From: an uncultured Dehalococcoidales bacterium
GTDB taxonomy: Bacteria > Chloroflexota > Dehalococcoidia > Dehalococcoidales > CAYYQY01
NCBI GenBank assembly: GCA_964570635.1
Contig: CAZMZA010000001.1
Span: 1-40,154 of the forward strand
DNA: 40,154 nucleotides
Reading direction: 5' to 3'
This document shows positions 1-7,915 of this stretch, piece by piece. A program made the translations under genes and the position numbers. Under the pieces are notes generated by a model that was not told the origin of the DNA, did no database searches, and was given only the letters and a program-made list of their open reading frames with translations. Position 1 is the first letter of the stretch; each line of letters begins with the position of its first letter.

Positions 1-1
1 G

Positions 2-724
2 GTTTTACCTTCAACCGCTGCCGACTTCCAGATGCGCATCTTCAACCCCGATGGCTCCGAGGCTGAGGCCTGCGGCAATGGAATGAGATGCCTGGCTAAG
101 TACGTTGTTGACAAAGGGTTAACCAGCCCCGAGGTCAGGGAAATATCGGTAGAGACAATAGCCGGTATAAGGAGAATCAGGCTCCGCTATGACAGGAGCG
201 GGATAACCAAGATTCAGGTTGGTATGGGTGAACCAGAGTTTAAAGCCGAAAACATTCCGGTACTGATAGGACAGGAGGGAGACAATCTACTTGACATAAA
301 ACCCATAATGGACTATCATATTGTTTTAGACGGTGAAGAGCTAACGCTCAACATTGTTTCAATAGGTAATCCGCATGCTGTCTATTTCTGCCCGTATCCC
401 GTATCTGATTTCCCGTTGTCTCAGCTGGGGCCGAGGGTGGAACGGCATGGAATATTCCCGAACCGGGTAAACTTTGAGGTAGCCAATATGCTGGCTCGAA
501 GTCACATAGAAGCTAGGGTATGGGAGCGTGGGGTAGGGGAGACATTGGCCTGCGGCAGTGGTGCCTGTGCCGTAGCCGTTGCTGCCCGGCTCCACGGTTA
601 CATTGATGATAAGACCGAGGTAAAACTTCCCGGTGGCACGCTGGAGGTGGAGTGGAAGGGGACAGGAGAGGTTTTTCTCAGCGGTCCGACTGAAGTAGTA
701 TTTACCGGAGACTGGCCAGAATGA
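2..724 (+). CDS. dapF: Diaminopimelate epimerase, 5'-truncated by the window edge
   Basis: The frame is open from nt 2. The translation has ...FQMRIFNPDGSEAEACGNGMRC (first catalytic Cys motif), GNPHAV, and ACGSGACA (second catalytic Cys motif), typical of DapF. A DapL-type gene follows. Confidence 0.9.
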   Translation, partial: VLPSTAADFQMRIFNPDGSEAEACGNGMRCLAKYVVDKGLTSPEVREISVETIAGIRRIRLRYDRSGITKIQVGMGEPEFKAENIPVLIGQEGDNLLDIKPIMDYHIVLDGEELTLNIVSIGNPHAVYFCPYPVSDFPLSQLGPRVERHGIFPNRVNFEVANMLARSHIEARVWERGVGETLACGSGACAVAVAARLHGYIDDKTEVKLPGGTLEVEWKGTGEVFLSGPTEVVFTGDWPE

Positions 725-734
725 GGGTGTCCAT

Positions 735-1949
735 ATGAGAATATCAAAACGGGTTGAACATCTGCCTCCTTACCTTTTTGTGGAAATAAACAAGAAGATT
801 GCTGAGAAAAGGGCCAAGGGTGAGGATGTAGTTAGCTTTGCCATTGGTGACCCTGATATTGCCACGCCAGCCCACGTAATCGAACGGCTGTGCCAGGCGG
901 CACAAGACCCGGCTAACCACCGCTATCCAGAGACCGAGGGGTTGCCAGAGTTGCGCCAGGCCATAGCTGGATGGTACGAGAAACGCTTCGGCGTATCTCT
1001 CGACCCCGGTTCAGAGGTAGTACCGCTTATCGGGTCAAAGGAAGGGGTTGCCCACATAGCCCTCTGCTTTATTGAGCGTGACGATATTGCCCTAGTACCT
1101 GACCCGGGCTACCCCGTTTACTCAATGAGCACCATGCTGGTCGGTGGCACACCTTACTATATGCCTCTTACCGAGGCAAACAATTTCCTCCCGGACTTGG
1201 AGGCTATACCGGCCGGCATTCTAAAAAGGGCGAAATTTTTGTGGATAAATTACCCCAATAACCCAACGGGGGCCGTGGCTGACCTCGGTTTCTTCAGCCG
1301 GGTGGTCAAATTTGCACGTAAGCATGACCTGGCAGTGGGCCATGACGGACCGTATTCCGAGGTTGCCTTTGACGGTTATCACCCGGTCAGCTTCATGCAG
1401 GCGGACGGAGCTAAGGAAGTAGGCGTTGAGTTTCACTCGCTGTCCAAGACCTACAATATGACGGGGTGGCGGATAGGCATGGCGGTAGGCAATGCTGAAA
1501 TGATAGACGCCCTGAAGAGGGTTAAGTCAAACCTGGACTCAGGGATACCGCAGGCCATTCAATATGCCGCTATCGAGGCTCTGACCGGTCCCCAGGATTG
1601 CATCCAGGAACACAACGATGTTTACCAGCGACGCCGTGATTTGATCGTCGAGATGATAAACCGTATAGGGCTTGAAGCCAGACCGCCAAAGGCGGGGCTG
1701 TATGTTTGGGCTAAGGTCCCCGAGGGCTACTCCTCAACGGAGTTTGCCACTGATTTACTGGAGAAGGTCGGTGTAGTGGTCACCCCTGGAACAGGCTATG
1801 GCAAAAGCGGCGAAGGCTACGTAAGGTTGTCACTGACCATCCCGGATGCTCGACTGGTGAAAGGCTTATCAAGACTGGCCGAGTGGCGTAGCGCTAAAAG
1901 CAGTACTAAAACTAGACCGACCGGCCGGCAGGGAAGGAGGTTGACATAA
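735..1949 (+). CDS. dapL: LL-diaminopimelate aminotransferase-type class I (fold type I) PLP aminotransferase
   Basis: ATG is preceded by GAGGGTG. The N-terminus LPPYLFVEINKKIAEKRAKGEDVVSFAIGDPD, NYPNNPTG and SLSKTYNMTGWRIG (PLP lysine) are class I aminotransferase motifs. The position directly after dapF supports a DapL role. The ~15 aa basic C-terminal tail is atypical. Confidence 0.75.
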   Translation: MRISKRVEHLPPYLFVEINKKIAEKRAKGEDVVSFAIGDPDIATPAHVIERLCQAAQDPANHRYPETEGLPELRQAIAGWYEKRFGVSLDPGSEVVPLIGSKEGVAHIALCFIERDDIALVPDPGYPVYSMSTMLVGGTPYYMPLTEANNFLPDLEAIPAGILKRAKFLWINYPNNPTGAVADLGFFSRVVKFARKHDLAVGHDGPYSEVAFDGYHPVSFMQADGAKEVGVEFHSLSKTYNMTGWRIGMAVGNAEMIDALKRVKSNLDSGIPQAIQYAAIEALTGPQDCIQEHNDVYQRRRDLIVEMINRIGLEARPPKAGLYVWAKVPEGYSSTEFATDLLEKVGVVVTPGTGYGKSGEGYVRLSLTIPDARLVKGLSRLAEWRSAKSSTKTRPTGRQGRRLT

Positions 1950-2014
1950 CACACCGAGCCGCCAGCACTACCAAAGGACTGACTATTACCCAACCCTCAC
2001 CGGAGCGGGCTCTT

Positions 2015-3127
2015 TTGGTAGCCGTAGGGAGCAAAGGGAGTACCAGTCGGTGGTCAGTGGAGGCCTCCCTGGAAGAGCTGACTCTGTTGGCTGACACGGC
2101 TGGAGCCAGTGTAGTCGAGAGGCTTGTCCAGCAGTTGCCTGTACCCTCGAAGACACATTATCTAGGCAAAGGTAAGCTTAATGACCTCCTGTCACTGAAA
2201 GACAGGCTGAAATGCGACGTAGTGATTTTCGATGACGAACTGACACCACTACAGCAGCGAAACCTCGAAGAGCTATTGCAGGCAAAGGTGATTGACCGCA
2301 CCGCCCTGATTCTGGATATTTTCGCCAGGCGTGCCCGAACCCATGAAGGCCAATTGCAGGTACAGCTAGCCCAGGACCAGTACCTGCTACCACGGCTTGC
2401 CGGGCAATGGAGCCACCTGGAAAGGCTGGGCGGTGGCATCGGCACCAGAGGTCCCGGTGAGTCACAGATTGAGACTGACCGGCGCCTGGTACGCCGGCGA
2501 ATACACCGGTTGAAACAGCAAATCGAGGCGGTGAGAAAACACCGGGCGCTACACCGCCGCCAACGCCAGAAGAGTGGCATCCCGGTAGTAGCCCTGGTGG
2601 GCTACACCAACACCGGTAAAAGCACGCTCTTAAACGCTCTCGGCCGGGCTGATGTCTTTGTTGAGGATAAACTCTTTGCCACACTGGACCCGACCACAAG
2701 GCGCCTGACCCTGCCTGACAAAAGGACAGTCCTGTTGACTGACACGGTCGGTTTTATCAGGAAGCTGCCACCTACGCTTGTAGCCGCCTTCAGGGCGACC
2801 CTCGAGGAGCTGGATGAGGCAAATCTGCTCGTTCATGTGGTTGACCTGACCTCTTCCCATGCCGCCGAGCAATGCCAGACAGTAGAGGACATCCTCACCG
2901 ACCTTAACCTTGTCGCTAAGCCCAGAATCACGGCCCTGAACAAGATTGACCTGTTGCTGAACAGTGGCATGGACTGGGACGAAAGTGCGGCCATGCGCTA
3001 CCTTTCGGCTCGCCTGGGCACCGTGGACCGGAATACGGTACTTGTTTCGGCAGCTAGAAAGTGGGGACTGGACAACCTGCGGGAACTCATCGGTAATGTC
3101 GTGACCGCAGCAGAACAGTCCCTCTAA
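2015..3127 (+). CDS. hflX: GTPase HflX
   Basis: GTRGPGESQIETDRR (HflX signature), P-loop GYTNTGKST, DTVGF and NKID G-motifs. The first canonical start is TTG at 2015, but conserved HflX N-terminal sequence (PERALLVAV) continues in frame upstream, so the true start is uncertain. Confidence 0.88.
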   Translation: MVAVGSKGSTSRWSVEASLEELTLLADTAGASVVERLVQQLPVPSKTHYLGKGKLNDLLSLKDRLKCDVVIFDDELTPLQQRNLEELLQAKVIDRTALILDIFARRARTHEGQLQVQLAQDQYLLPRLAGQWSHLERLGGGIGTRGPGESQIETDRRLVRRRIHRLKQQIEAVRKHRALHRRQRQKSGIPVVALVGYTNTGKSTLLNALGRADVFVEDKLFATLDPTTRRLTLPDKRTVLLTDTVGFIRKLPPTLVAAFRATLEELDEANLLVHVVDLTSSHAAEQCQTVEDILTDLNLVAKPRITALNKIDLLLNSGMDWDESAAMRYLSARLGTVDRNTVLVSAARKWGLDNLRELIGNVVTAAEQSL

Positions 3128-3165
3128 CAACCCCCGGAATTACGTTCACCAGCACCAGGGCGGGG

Positions 3166-3423
3166 TCAGGATTCACGGGGTTTTTGAGATACGAGCTGCT
3201 TCAGGGCGAAATAGGGCAGAAGAAAAAGATAGGAAATTACCGGCCAGGACAACACCAGTTTCAAGATTTTCCAGACTTCAGCCGGGGTAACAACCATATC
3301 CATGCGCATTACGTCCAGCGCCTTTGTGTCCAGAATTAGCTTGTCGCCCTCGCGCCTGACCGAGTAAAAGGCAGCCGCTACCTCGCCGTTACTATCCACC
3401 AGTGAGATGACTCGCTTCTTCAT
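3166..3423 (-). CDS. Hypothetical small protein (85 aa) with a C-terminal hydrophobic helix
   Basis: Its ATG overlaps the stop of the upstream oxidoreductase gene (ATGA, 3420-3423), suggesting translational coupling. The C-terminal segment WPVISYLFLLPYFAL is hydrophobic. No family recognised. Confidence 0.5.
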   Translation of the reverse strand: MKKRVISLVDSNGEVAAAFYSVRREGDKLILDTKALDVMRMDMVVTPAEVWKILKLVLSWPVISYLFLLPYFALKQLVSQKPRES

Positions 3424-4997
3424 GACTTTGCTATGACCTTCCTGAAGTCAATGTCGAGGTCCTCCATCACCACCTGCGCCGTCGCCCTGCCAGCACCCCA
3501 CACCCCGCCACTGGGGTGTGCGCTCGGTCCGCATATATAGAGTTTACTGATTGGTGTTTTGAAGTTACCCCACCCGGGTAGCGGTCTGTTGCCATAGCTC
3601 TGAGTTACCGACAGAGGGAAATGGTTATAGTCACCCTTTATCCAGGCGGAATTGTAGCGGTAGTAGTCAAGCGGGCTGGATACCCACCGCCCCAGGATGT
3701 TGTCAGGACTCAGGTTTATCATGTGCCCCCGGACCGTATCTAAAATACGGTCGGCGACTTCCTCTTTTATTTCATCCCACCTGTCCGCTCCTCCGTCCTT
3801 CAGGTCATAGGGCTGCAGGTGGTAGATGTAAAGGGTGTGCTTCCCTTCAGGAGCGCGTGTGGAATCATATAGCGAATTGCAGAAAACTGACGGTGACAGG
3901 GAACCGGGAATGCCGTAGTAACAAGCGTCAAGCTCTCTCATCAGCTCTTCCAGGGACGGCAAGATAATCAGATTGGAGGCGCGGTCGGTATCCCCGCCAG
4001 CCTTATACTTCGGTGCCTCGTTGAGGGCCAGGACTTGAAGCATGGCGGCAATGTTACCCTGTTTTATGCGTCGCACCTTTTCCGGCAGGCCGTCCGGTAA
4101 GTCCTCCGGTTTTATCATGTCGAGGAACAGCTGCTTGATATGAAGGTTGGAAACTATCGCCTTGTCAGCCATAATCTCCTCACCGGAATCCAGAACGACC
4201 CCCTTTGCCTCGCCGGCTTCTACCCTGACAGCTTTTACCGTAGCCGAGACCTTCACCGTGCCGCCGTTGTCCTTGATACAGGCCTCCAGTGCCTCGCTCA
4301 GCTTTCCAGCGCCACCTATGGGTATCCCCATCCCCCGGGCATGGAAGAAGGGGAAACTGTTTATATAGTTTCCGCTCCCTTTATCCCGCGGTGCGTATAA
4401 GCTCTCACAGACCCACCGCGTCAGTGCGGTTAACATCGGCTCATTTTCGAACCACTCTTCAGCTATATCTATGCCACTTGACATAATAAGTCGGTAGAAC
4501 TCCTGACCCATTTCACTGGAGTCCAGGAAGGATACCATCCTGCCGAAGGGCGGAGGCGCTGAGAAATAGGCCACCTGCCCCGCCCTGATTACCTGTCTTG
4601 AATATTCACAGAACCTGGGGTATGCCTCGGCATCATGCCGGGATAACTGCCGGATGGACTCACAGGTCTTGTCTATATCCCGATAAAAGAACAGTGTTCT
4701 GTCATCAGGAAGGACAAAGGCCATCTGTATATCAGGGATAAAATACTCGAGTCCGTACCGGGACATAAGCCCCAGCTCGTCAGCGGTAATAAGCGGGTTA
4801 GCCTGGATTGAACCGTGTACCACGGAGCATATATCATGTTTGAACCCGGGCACAGTAACCTCTCTGGTGACACAACCACCCCCCACCTTGTCCTGCCTCT
4901 CAACCACACATACCTTGAGTCCCGCCTTGGCCAGGTAAGCAGCCACAATCAAACCGTTGTGACCACCCCCCGCTACAATCACGTCATATTTCTCCAT
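3420..4997 (-). CDS. FAD-dependent oxidoreductase, phytoene desaturase (CrtI)-like family
   Basis: N-terminal Rossmann dinucleotide motif YDVIVAGGGHNGLIVAAYLAKAGLKVCVVERQDKVGGG. Length is 525 aa. AAGGAGGT Shine-Dalgarno (SD) sequence upstream (5009-5016, minus strand). Confidence 0.85.
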   Translation of the reverse strand: MEKYDVIVAGGGHNGLIVAAYLAKAGLKVCVVERQDKVGGGCVTREVTVPGFKHDICSVVHGSIQANPLITADELGLMSRYGLEYFIPDIQMAFVLPDDRTLFFYRDIDKTCESIRQLSRHDAEAYPRFCEYSRQVIRAGQVAYFSAPPPFGRMVSFLDSSEMGQEFYRLIMSSGIDIAEEWFENEPMLTALTRWVCESLYAPRDKGSGNYINSFPFFHARGMGIPIGGAGKLSEALEACIKDNGGTVKVSATVKAVRVEAGEAKGVVLDSGEEIMADKAIVSNLHIKQLFLDMIKPEDLPDGLPEKVRRIKQGNIAAMLQVLALNEAPKYKAGGDTDRASNLIILPSLEELMRELDACYYGIPGSLSPSVFCNSLYDSTRAPEGKHTLYIYHLQPYDLKDGGADRWDEIKEEVADRILDTVRGHMINLSPDNILGRWVSSPLDYYRYNSAWIKGDYNHFPLSVTQSYGNRPLPGWGNFKTPISKLYICGPSAHPSGGVWGAGRATAQVVMEDLDIDFRKVIAKS

Positions 4998-5072
4998 AAC
5001 CGCAGTTTACCTCCTTACCGAAATAAGTTTCACCGTTTGGGGGAACCAGGTAAAGGCCAGTTTCTTGTTGAG

Positions 5073-5102
5073 AGTGTAGCCTTAGTCCACCGCCTTTGTC
5101 AA
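5073..5102 (-). promoter_or_regulatory. Putative sigma70-type promoter for the oxidoreductase operon
   Basis: On the minus strand: TTGACA (5097-5102), an 18-nt spacer, then TACACT (5073-5078), about 70 nt upstream of the ATG at 4997. Pattern match only. Confidence 0.35.
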
Positions 5103-5295
5103 TTCCTCCCGAAATTTTCGAAAAATCACCCGTCAGCGGTGCCAATCAGCCCCCTCTAAAAAATGACGCTCTGAAATCAAAATTTAGGCCCCTAAAAATT
5201 CTTTTGAATGGTTTTATACCTTTAAAGGGCGCAGGGGGCTGGGTGACCTCTATGTTTTCTGTCATTCTTTTCAGGTGGTGACCCTCCCCCTTGGT

Positions 5296-5328
5296 CCCCC
5301 TCCCTTGGTTAAGGGAGGGGGGAATTTT
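5296..5328 (+). terminator. GC-rich hairpin plus T-tract (intrinsic-terminator-like, plus strand)
   Basis: CCCCCTCCCTT (5296-5306) pairs perfectly with AAGGGAGGGGG (5311-5321) around loop GGTT, followed by GGAATTTT. No plus-strand gene ends here. Confidence 0.35.
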
Positions 5329-5350
5329 AAAAAAGCGGGGCTTCCGCCCC
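5329..5350 (-). terminator. Short hairpin plus T6 (intrinsic-terminator-like, minus strand)
   Basis: On the minus strand: GGGGC-GGAA-GCCCC (5337-5350), then GC and TTTTTT (5329-5334). It shares the A/T tract with the plus-strand hairpin, giving a back-to-back arrangement. Confidence 0.3.
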
Positions 5351-5445
5351 TCTTAAACACCCCGTTTTTCACCGGCCCGGTTTGCCGGGGGATACCCCCT
5401 GATAAGGGCAGGTCATAAGTTAACATAATATATGAGATACAATTG

Positions 5446-5454
5446 TGTTATAAT
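5446..5454 (+). promoter_or_regulatory. Extended -10 element (TGTTATAAT) immediately upstream of the ATG at 5461
   Basis: TGT at 5446-5448 and TATAAT at 5449-5454. The ATG at 5461 lies about 7 nt downstream with no SD, which is compatible with a leaderless transcript. Confidence 0.3.
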
Positions 5455-5460
5455 GATTGT

Positions 5461-6003
5461 ATGAAAAGAATCTTTGGCAAGTATTGGTGGGTAATTCCAA
5501 AAGTAGTTGGCTTAATTATCATTCTCGCCGTATTGGTACAACTTTTTAAAGAGAGAAATTCTTTTGCTGGTTGGTTTTTCGAATTTCTTAGTGATTGGGC
5601 GGTGATTCTTAGTGCGGCTATAACAATAGTGCTTGTAATTACAGCGTTTATGGCTTTTAGGGAGAACAGACGAAATCAAGCTATAAATAGGATACGTAAT
5701 TGGGCAGAGGGATTAAATATGTTACTTCTTTCATCTGAACCAACTAGTAGAAAGAACAAGACTTTACAATCCCTATGGGCAGAAAGTATTGGTATTTCTG
5801 CCGACAGCGAATTCCTAGGTGGCGATATAAAAAAGCAAACTGTGAATGCTATTATCAAATTAAATAAATTCCATACAGCGATAAATGATAAGTCTATAAT
5901 CAATGAAGCCTTCATAAAGGACCTTTATGATAGTTTATATGCGGTTATAGAATCTACTGCCGGGATAGAGGAGCACATGTTCCTTAGTAAAGACAATGTA
6001 TGA
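5461..6003 (+). CDS. Hypothetical membrane protein in an AT-rich islet
   Basis: The ORF-track frame is 5443-6003. I prefer the ATG at 5461 (MKRIFGKYWW...). There are two predicted TM helices (VVGLIIILAVLVQLF and WAVILSAAITIVLVITAFMAF), then a soluble helical-looking tail. Composition is markedly more AT-rich than all neighbours. No family recognised. Confidence 0.55.
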   Translation: MKRIFGKYWWVIPKVVGLIIILAVLVQLFKERNSFAGWFFEFLSDWAVILSAAITIVLVITAFMAFRENRRNQAINRIRNWAEGLNMLLLSSEPTSRKNKTLQSLWAESIGISADSEFLGGDIKKQTVNAIIKLNKFHTAINDKSIINEAFIKDLYDSLYAVIESTAGIEEHMFLSKDNV

Positions 6004-6348
6004 GAAAGAACTAGCCATGGCATTATTAATCGCTTCTACGATTATGTAAACCGTATTATATGCCTTATTTGCGTCGCACTATATATGTTATGTCAGGAAA
6101 ACAAGCAGTTGAGGCTGGTGCCAGGGATAACTTCCCCTACTCATTAAACAGCGGTCAGACCGGGGTTACTTAAAAGGTTGAAAAGTTACGGCGGTTGGAC
6201 CAGAGGGAGCGAAATTTCTGCGGACGCTTTTTCGTAAGACGAACCATAACCGGTATCCCCCCGACCGCTCAAGGAATCAGCACTGCTCCGCCAAGCAGCA
6301 CTTTACCCCTATTATTTCCCCATAGTTATTATGTAAAGTACGCCCTGC

Positions 6349-7857
6349 CTACTCGCTGGCTGCCTCTTCCAGCAGGTAGACATTCTTCCTCACTTCCACC
6401 AGGTCGGGGTTGTTACAGCTCCATCGGCTATAAACGATGGATATTCCCCTCTCTCTCAAGTAGGAGGTCTCGGTACATCCGCCCTGCAGAAACTGATAGG
6501 CCTCATGGTCAAGGTACGTGGGGAGAGAGTGTATCCTGGCATAGACTGTCTTCTGGGTGATGGCGATAAAGGCAGTAGCCTCCCAGGGGTCAAGTATAGC
6601 CTTATCATAGTTCTCACCAATGTTGTCTCTTATCCAGACAAATGCTTCGTAATCTTCACTATCAATCATGTGATAGTAAGACGCTTGCTGACGGTCAGGG
6701 ATGCCCATAGCCAGGGTTACGGCAATGAGAGCCAGGCACAGGATTACCCCCACAGGCTGCATGATGAGAGGTATCTTCAGTCGAGAGCCAATCTTTTCCG
6801 GCAACCTGAGCTTCCTTACGTACATCAAGCCGGCCCCAGCGACTATGCCCATCATCAGCATGGCGAATATCAGCCCGCGCACATACATTATTGTCATCCC
6901 GTAGCTGAATGTAAAATAGACCACCAGCATCGCTAATAAAGCCAGCAAGCCAAATACCAGACCGTAGTTTTTCTTCCCGCCCCTCATCACCAGCAGGAAG
7001 GTGCCCAGGAGACAGAAGAAAATGCCGGGATAACCGTAGGTCTGCATAAGCCGTGGTATATCGACATGTGTTGGAAAAGCCACCGGGCTGAGCAGCGACT
7101 CCGCCGTGGACATTAGCGAACCGTACATCAGGACGAAGGGAGCCACGAAGGGGATAGCCAGGGCTAGTGTCAGGCCCAGGCTATGCTTGAAGTTACCTCG
7201 CAGATTGAACAGGATATAAGGAGCGAGGATGATGGCCAATCCCATCGCCGTCGCTGCATGGGTGCTGAGCAGGAAGCAAACGAACACGAATAGCACCAGA
7301 TAAGACCACCCGGTTCTGAAATTAAAGGCCAGAAAGAGAGAGAGCGGAATAAAAAGCAGCCCCAGAGCTACCGGAACGAGGAAACCGGGACCCAGAATTC
7401 CCACAGTGGTCGTTACCAGGCAGGTAAAGAGAGCGGCTTCCCAGCCAAATCCCTCCCTCCGGGCCAGGAGGTAAACCGAGAGCACCGTAACCATAAAGAC
7501 AATGCCGGGGAAATACTTGAAGATGGTCAGCCAGGAGATACCGCTAATATTCTGAAATACACCCCAGAATAGCTGGAAGCCAGTCTCCATATTGAACCTG
7601 AGAGCTATGATTGACTGTCCGAAAAAGGGGTCAGGGAAGGTTACGCTCCCTGCCCGTAGCATTGCCTTGGAGAAAGCCATCTGCACCCACTCATCTATAT
7701 GCACCGGATAAGGGTAATTGCTATGGGGAATGAAAGCCAGGTAGAATGCCAGCGCCAGTATCCCCACCAGCTTCGGGTAATCCGATTTAGCTAGACGCCA
7801 GACATTCTGCCAGCTCATACCCCACCCTCTTCCCTCAACAGATATCCCTGATTTCAT
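6349..7857 (-). CDS. GT-C fold membrane glycosyltransferase (ArnT/PMT/STT3-like architecture)
   Basis: About 12 hydrophobic segments and a ~120 aa C-terminal soluble domain. An acidic DE pair sits in the first extracytoplasmic loop (PVHIDEWVQMAFSKAMLRAGSV), as in ArnT/PMT-type GT-C enzymes. An alternative start is M14 at 7818, preceded by the purine-rich stretch GGAAGAGGGTGGGG. Confidence 0.7.
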   Translation of the reverse strand: MKSGISVEGRGWGMSWQNVWRLAKSDYPKLVGILALAFYLAFIPHSNYPYPVHIDEWVQMAFSKAMLRAGSVTFPDPFFGQSIIALRFNMETGFQLFWGVFQNISGISWLTIFKYFPGIVFMVTVLSVYLLARREGFGWEAALFTCLVTTTVGILGPGFLVPVALGLLFIPLSLFLAFNFRTGWSYLVLFVFVCFLLSTHAATAMGLAIILAPYILFNLRGNFKHSLGLTLALAIPFVAPFVLMYGSLMSTAESLLSPVAFPTHVDIPRLMQTYGYPGIFFCLLGTFLLVMRGGKKNYGLVFGLLALLAMLVVYFTFSYGMTIMYVRGLIFAMLMMGIVAGAGLMYVRKLRLPEKIGSRLKIPLIMQPVGVILCLALIAVTLAMGIPDRQQASYYHMIDSEDYEAFVWIRDNIGENYDKAILDPWEATAFIAITQKTVYARIHSLPTYLDHEAYQFLQGGCTETSYLRERGISIVYSRWSCNNPDLVEVRKNVYLLEEAASE

Positions 7858-7864
7858 AGTTCGC

Positions 7865-7915
7865 TTGCCTTTGCCTGCTCGTAGGCAGTATAATTCTTTT
7901 CAAGTCAGCAGGCAA
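7865..7915 (+). promoter_or_regulatory. Putative promoter with flanking inverted repeat (candidate operator) for the plus-strand sugar operon
   Basis: TTGCCT (7865-7870), an 18-nt spacer, then TATAAT (7889-7894). TTGCCT is tandemly duplicated (7865-7876). The 9-bp inverted repeat TTGCCTGCT (7871-7879) / AGCAGGCAA (7907-7915) brackets the -10 box. Confidence 0.35.

Noticed and set aside
2158-3130. Three long minus-strand ORFs (2158-2580, 2178-2699, 2630-3130) antisense to hflX
   Set aside because: They lie entirely within a gene carrying unmistakable HflX motifs. Their translations are Arg/Cys/Ser/Pro-rich and low in complexity, as expected for shadow frames.
5096-5281. A 61-aa plus-strand ORF ending 15 nt before the hairpin at 5296
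   Set aside because: It has a TTG start, no SD, no recognisable fold or hydrophobic pattern, and overlaps the putative minus-strand promoter. I kept it only as a remote possibility under the orphan-terminator finding.
5387-6261. A 10-bp inverted repeat (GGGGGATACC at 5387-5396 and GGTATCCCCC at 6252-6261) roughly flanking the AT-rich islet, considered as possible terminal inverted repeats
   Set aside because: It is only 10 bp and does not extend. It sits well outside the composition boundaries on the right side. A match of this length is plausible by chance among the flanking ~300-bp stretches.
6195-6936. Plus-strand ORFs 6195-6560, 6505-6936 and 6701-6904
   Set aside because: They are antisense to the well-supported polytopic GT-C gene. 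Their translations are Pro/Arg/Ser/His-rich shadow-frame products.
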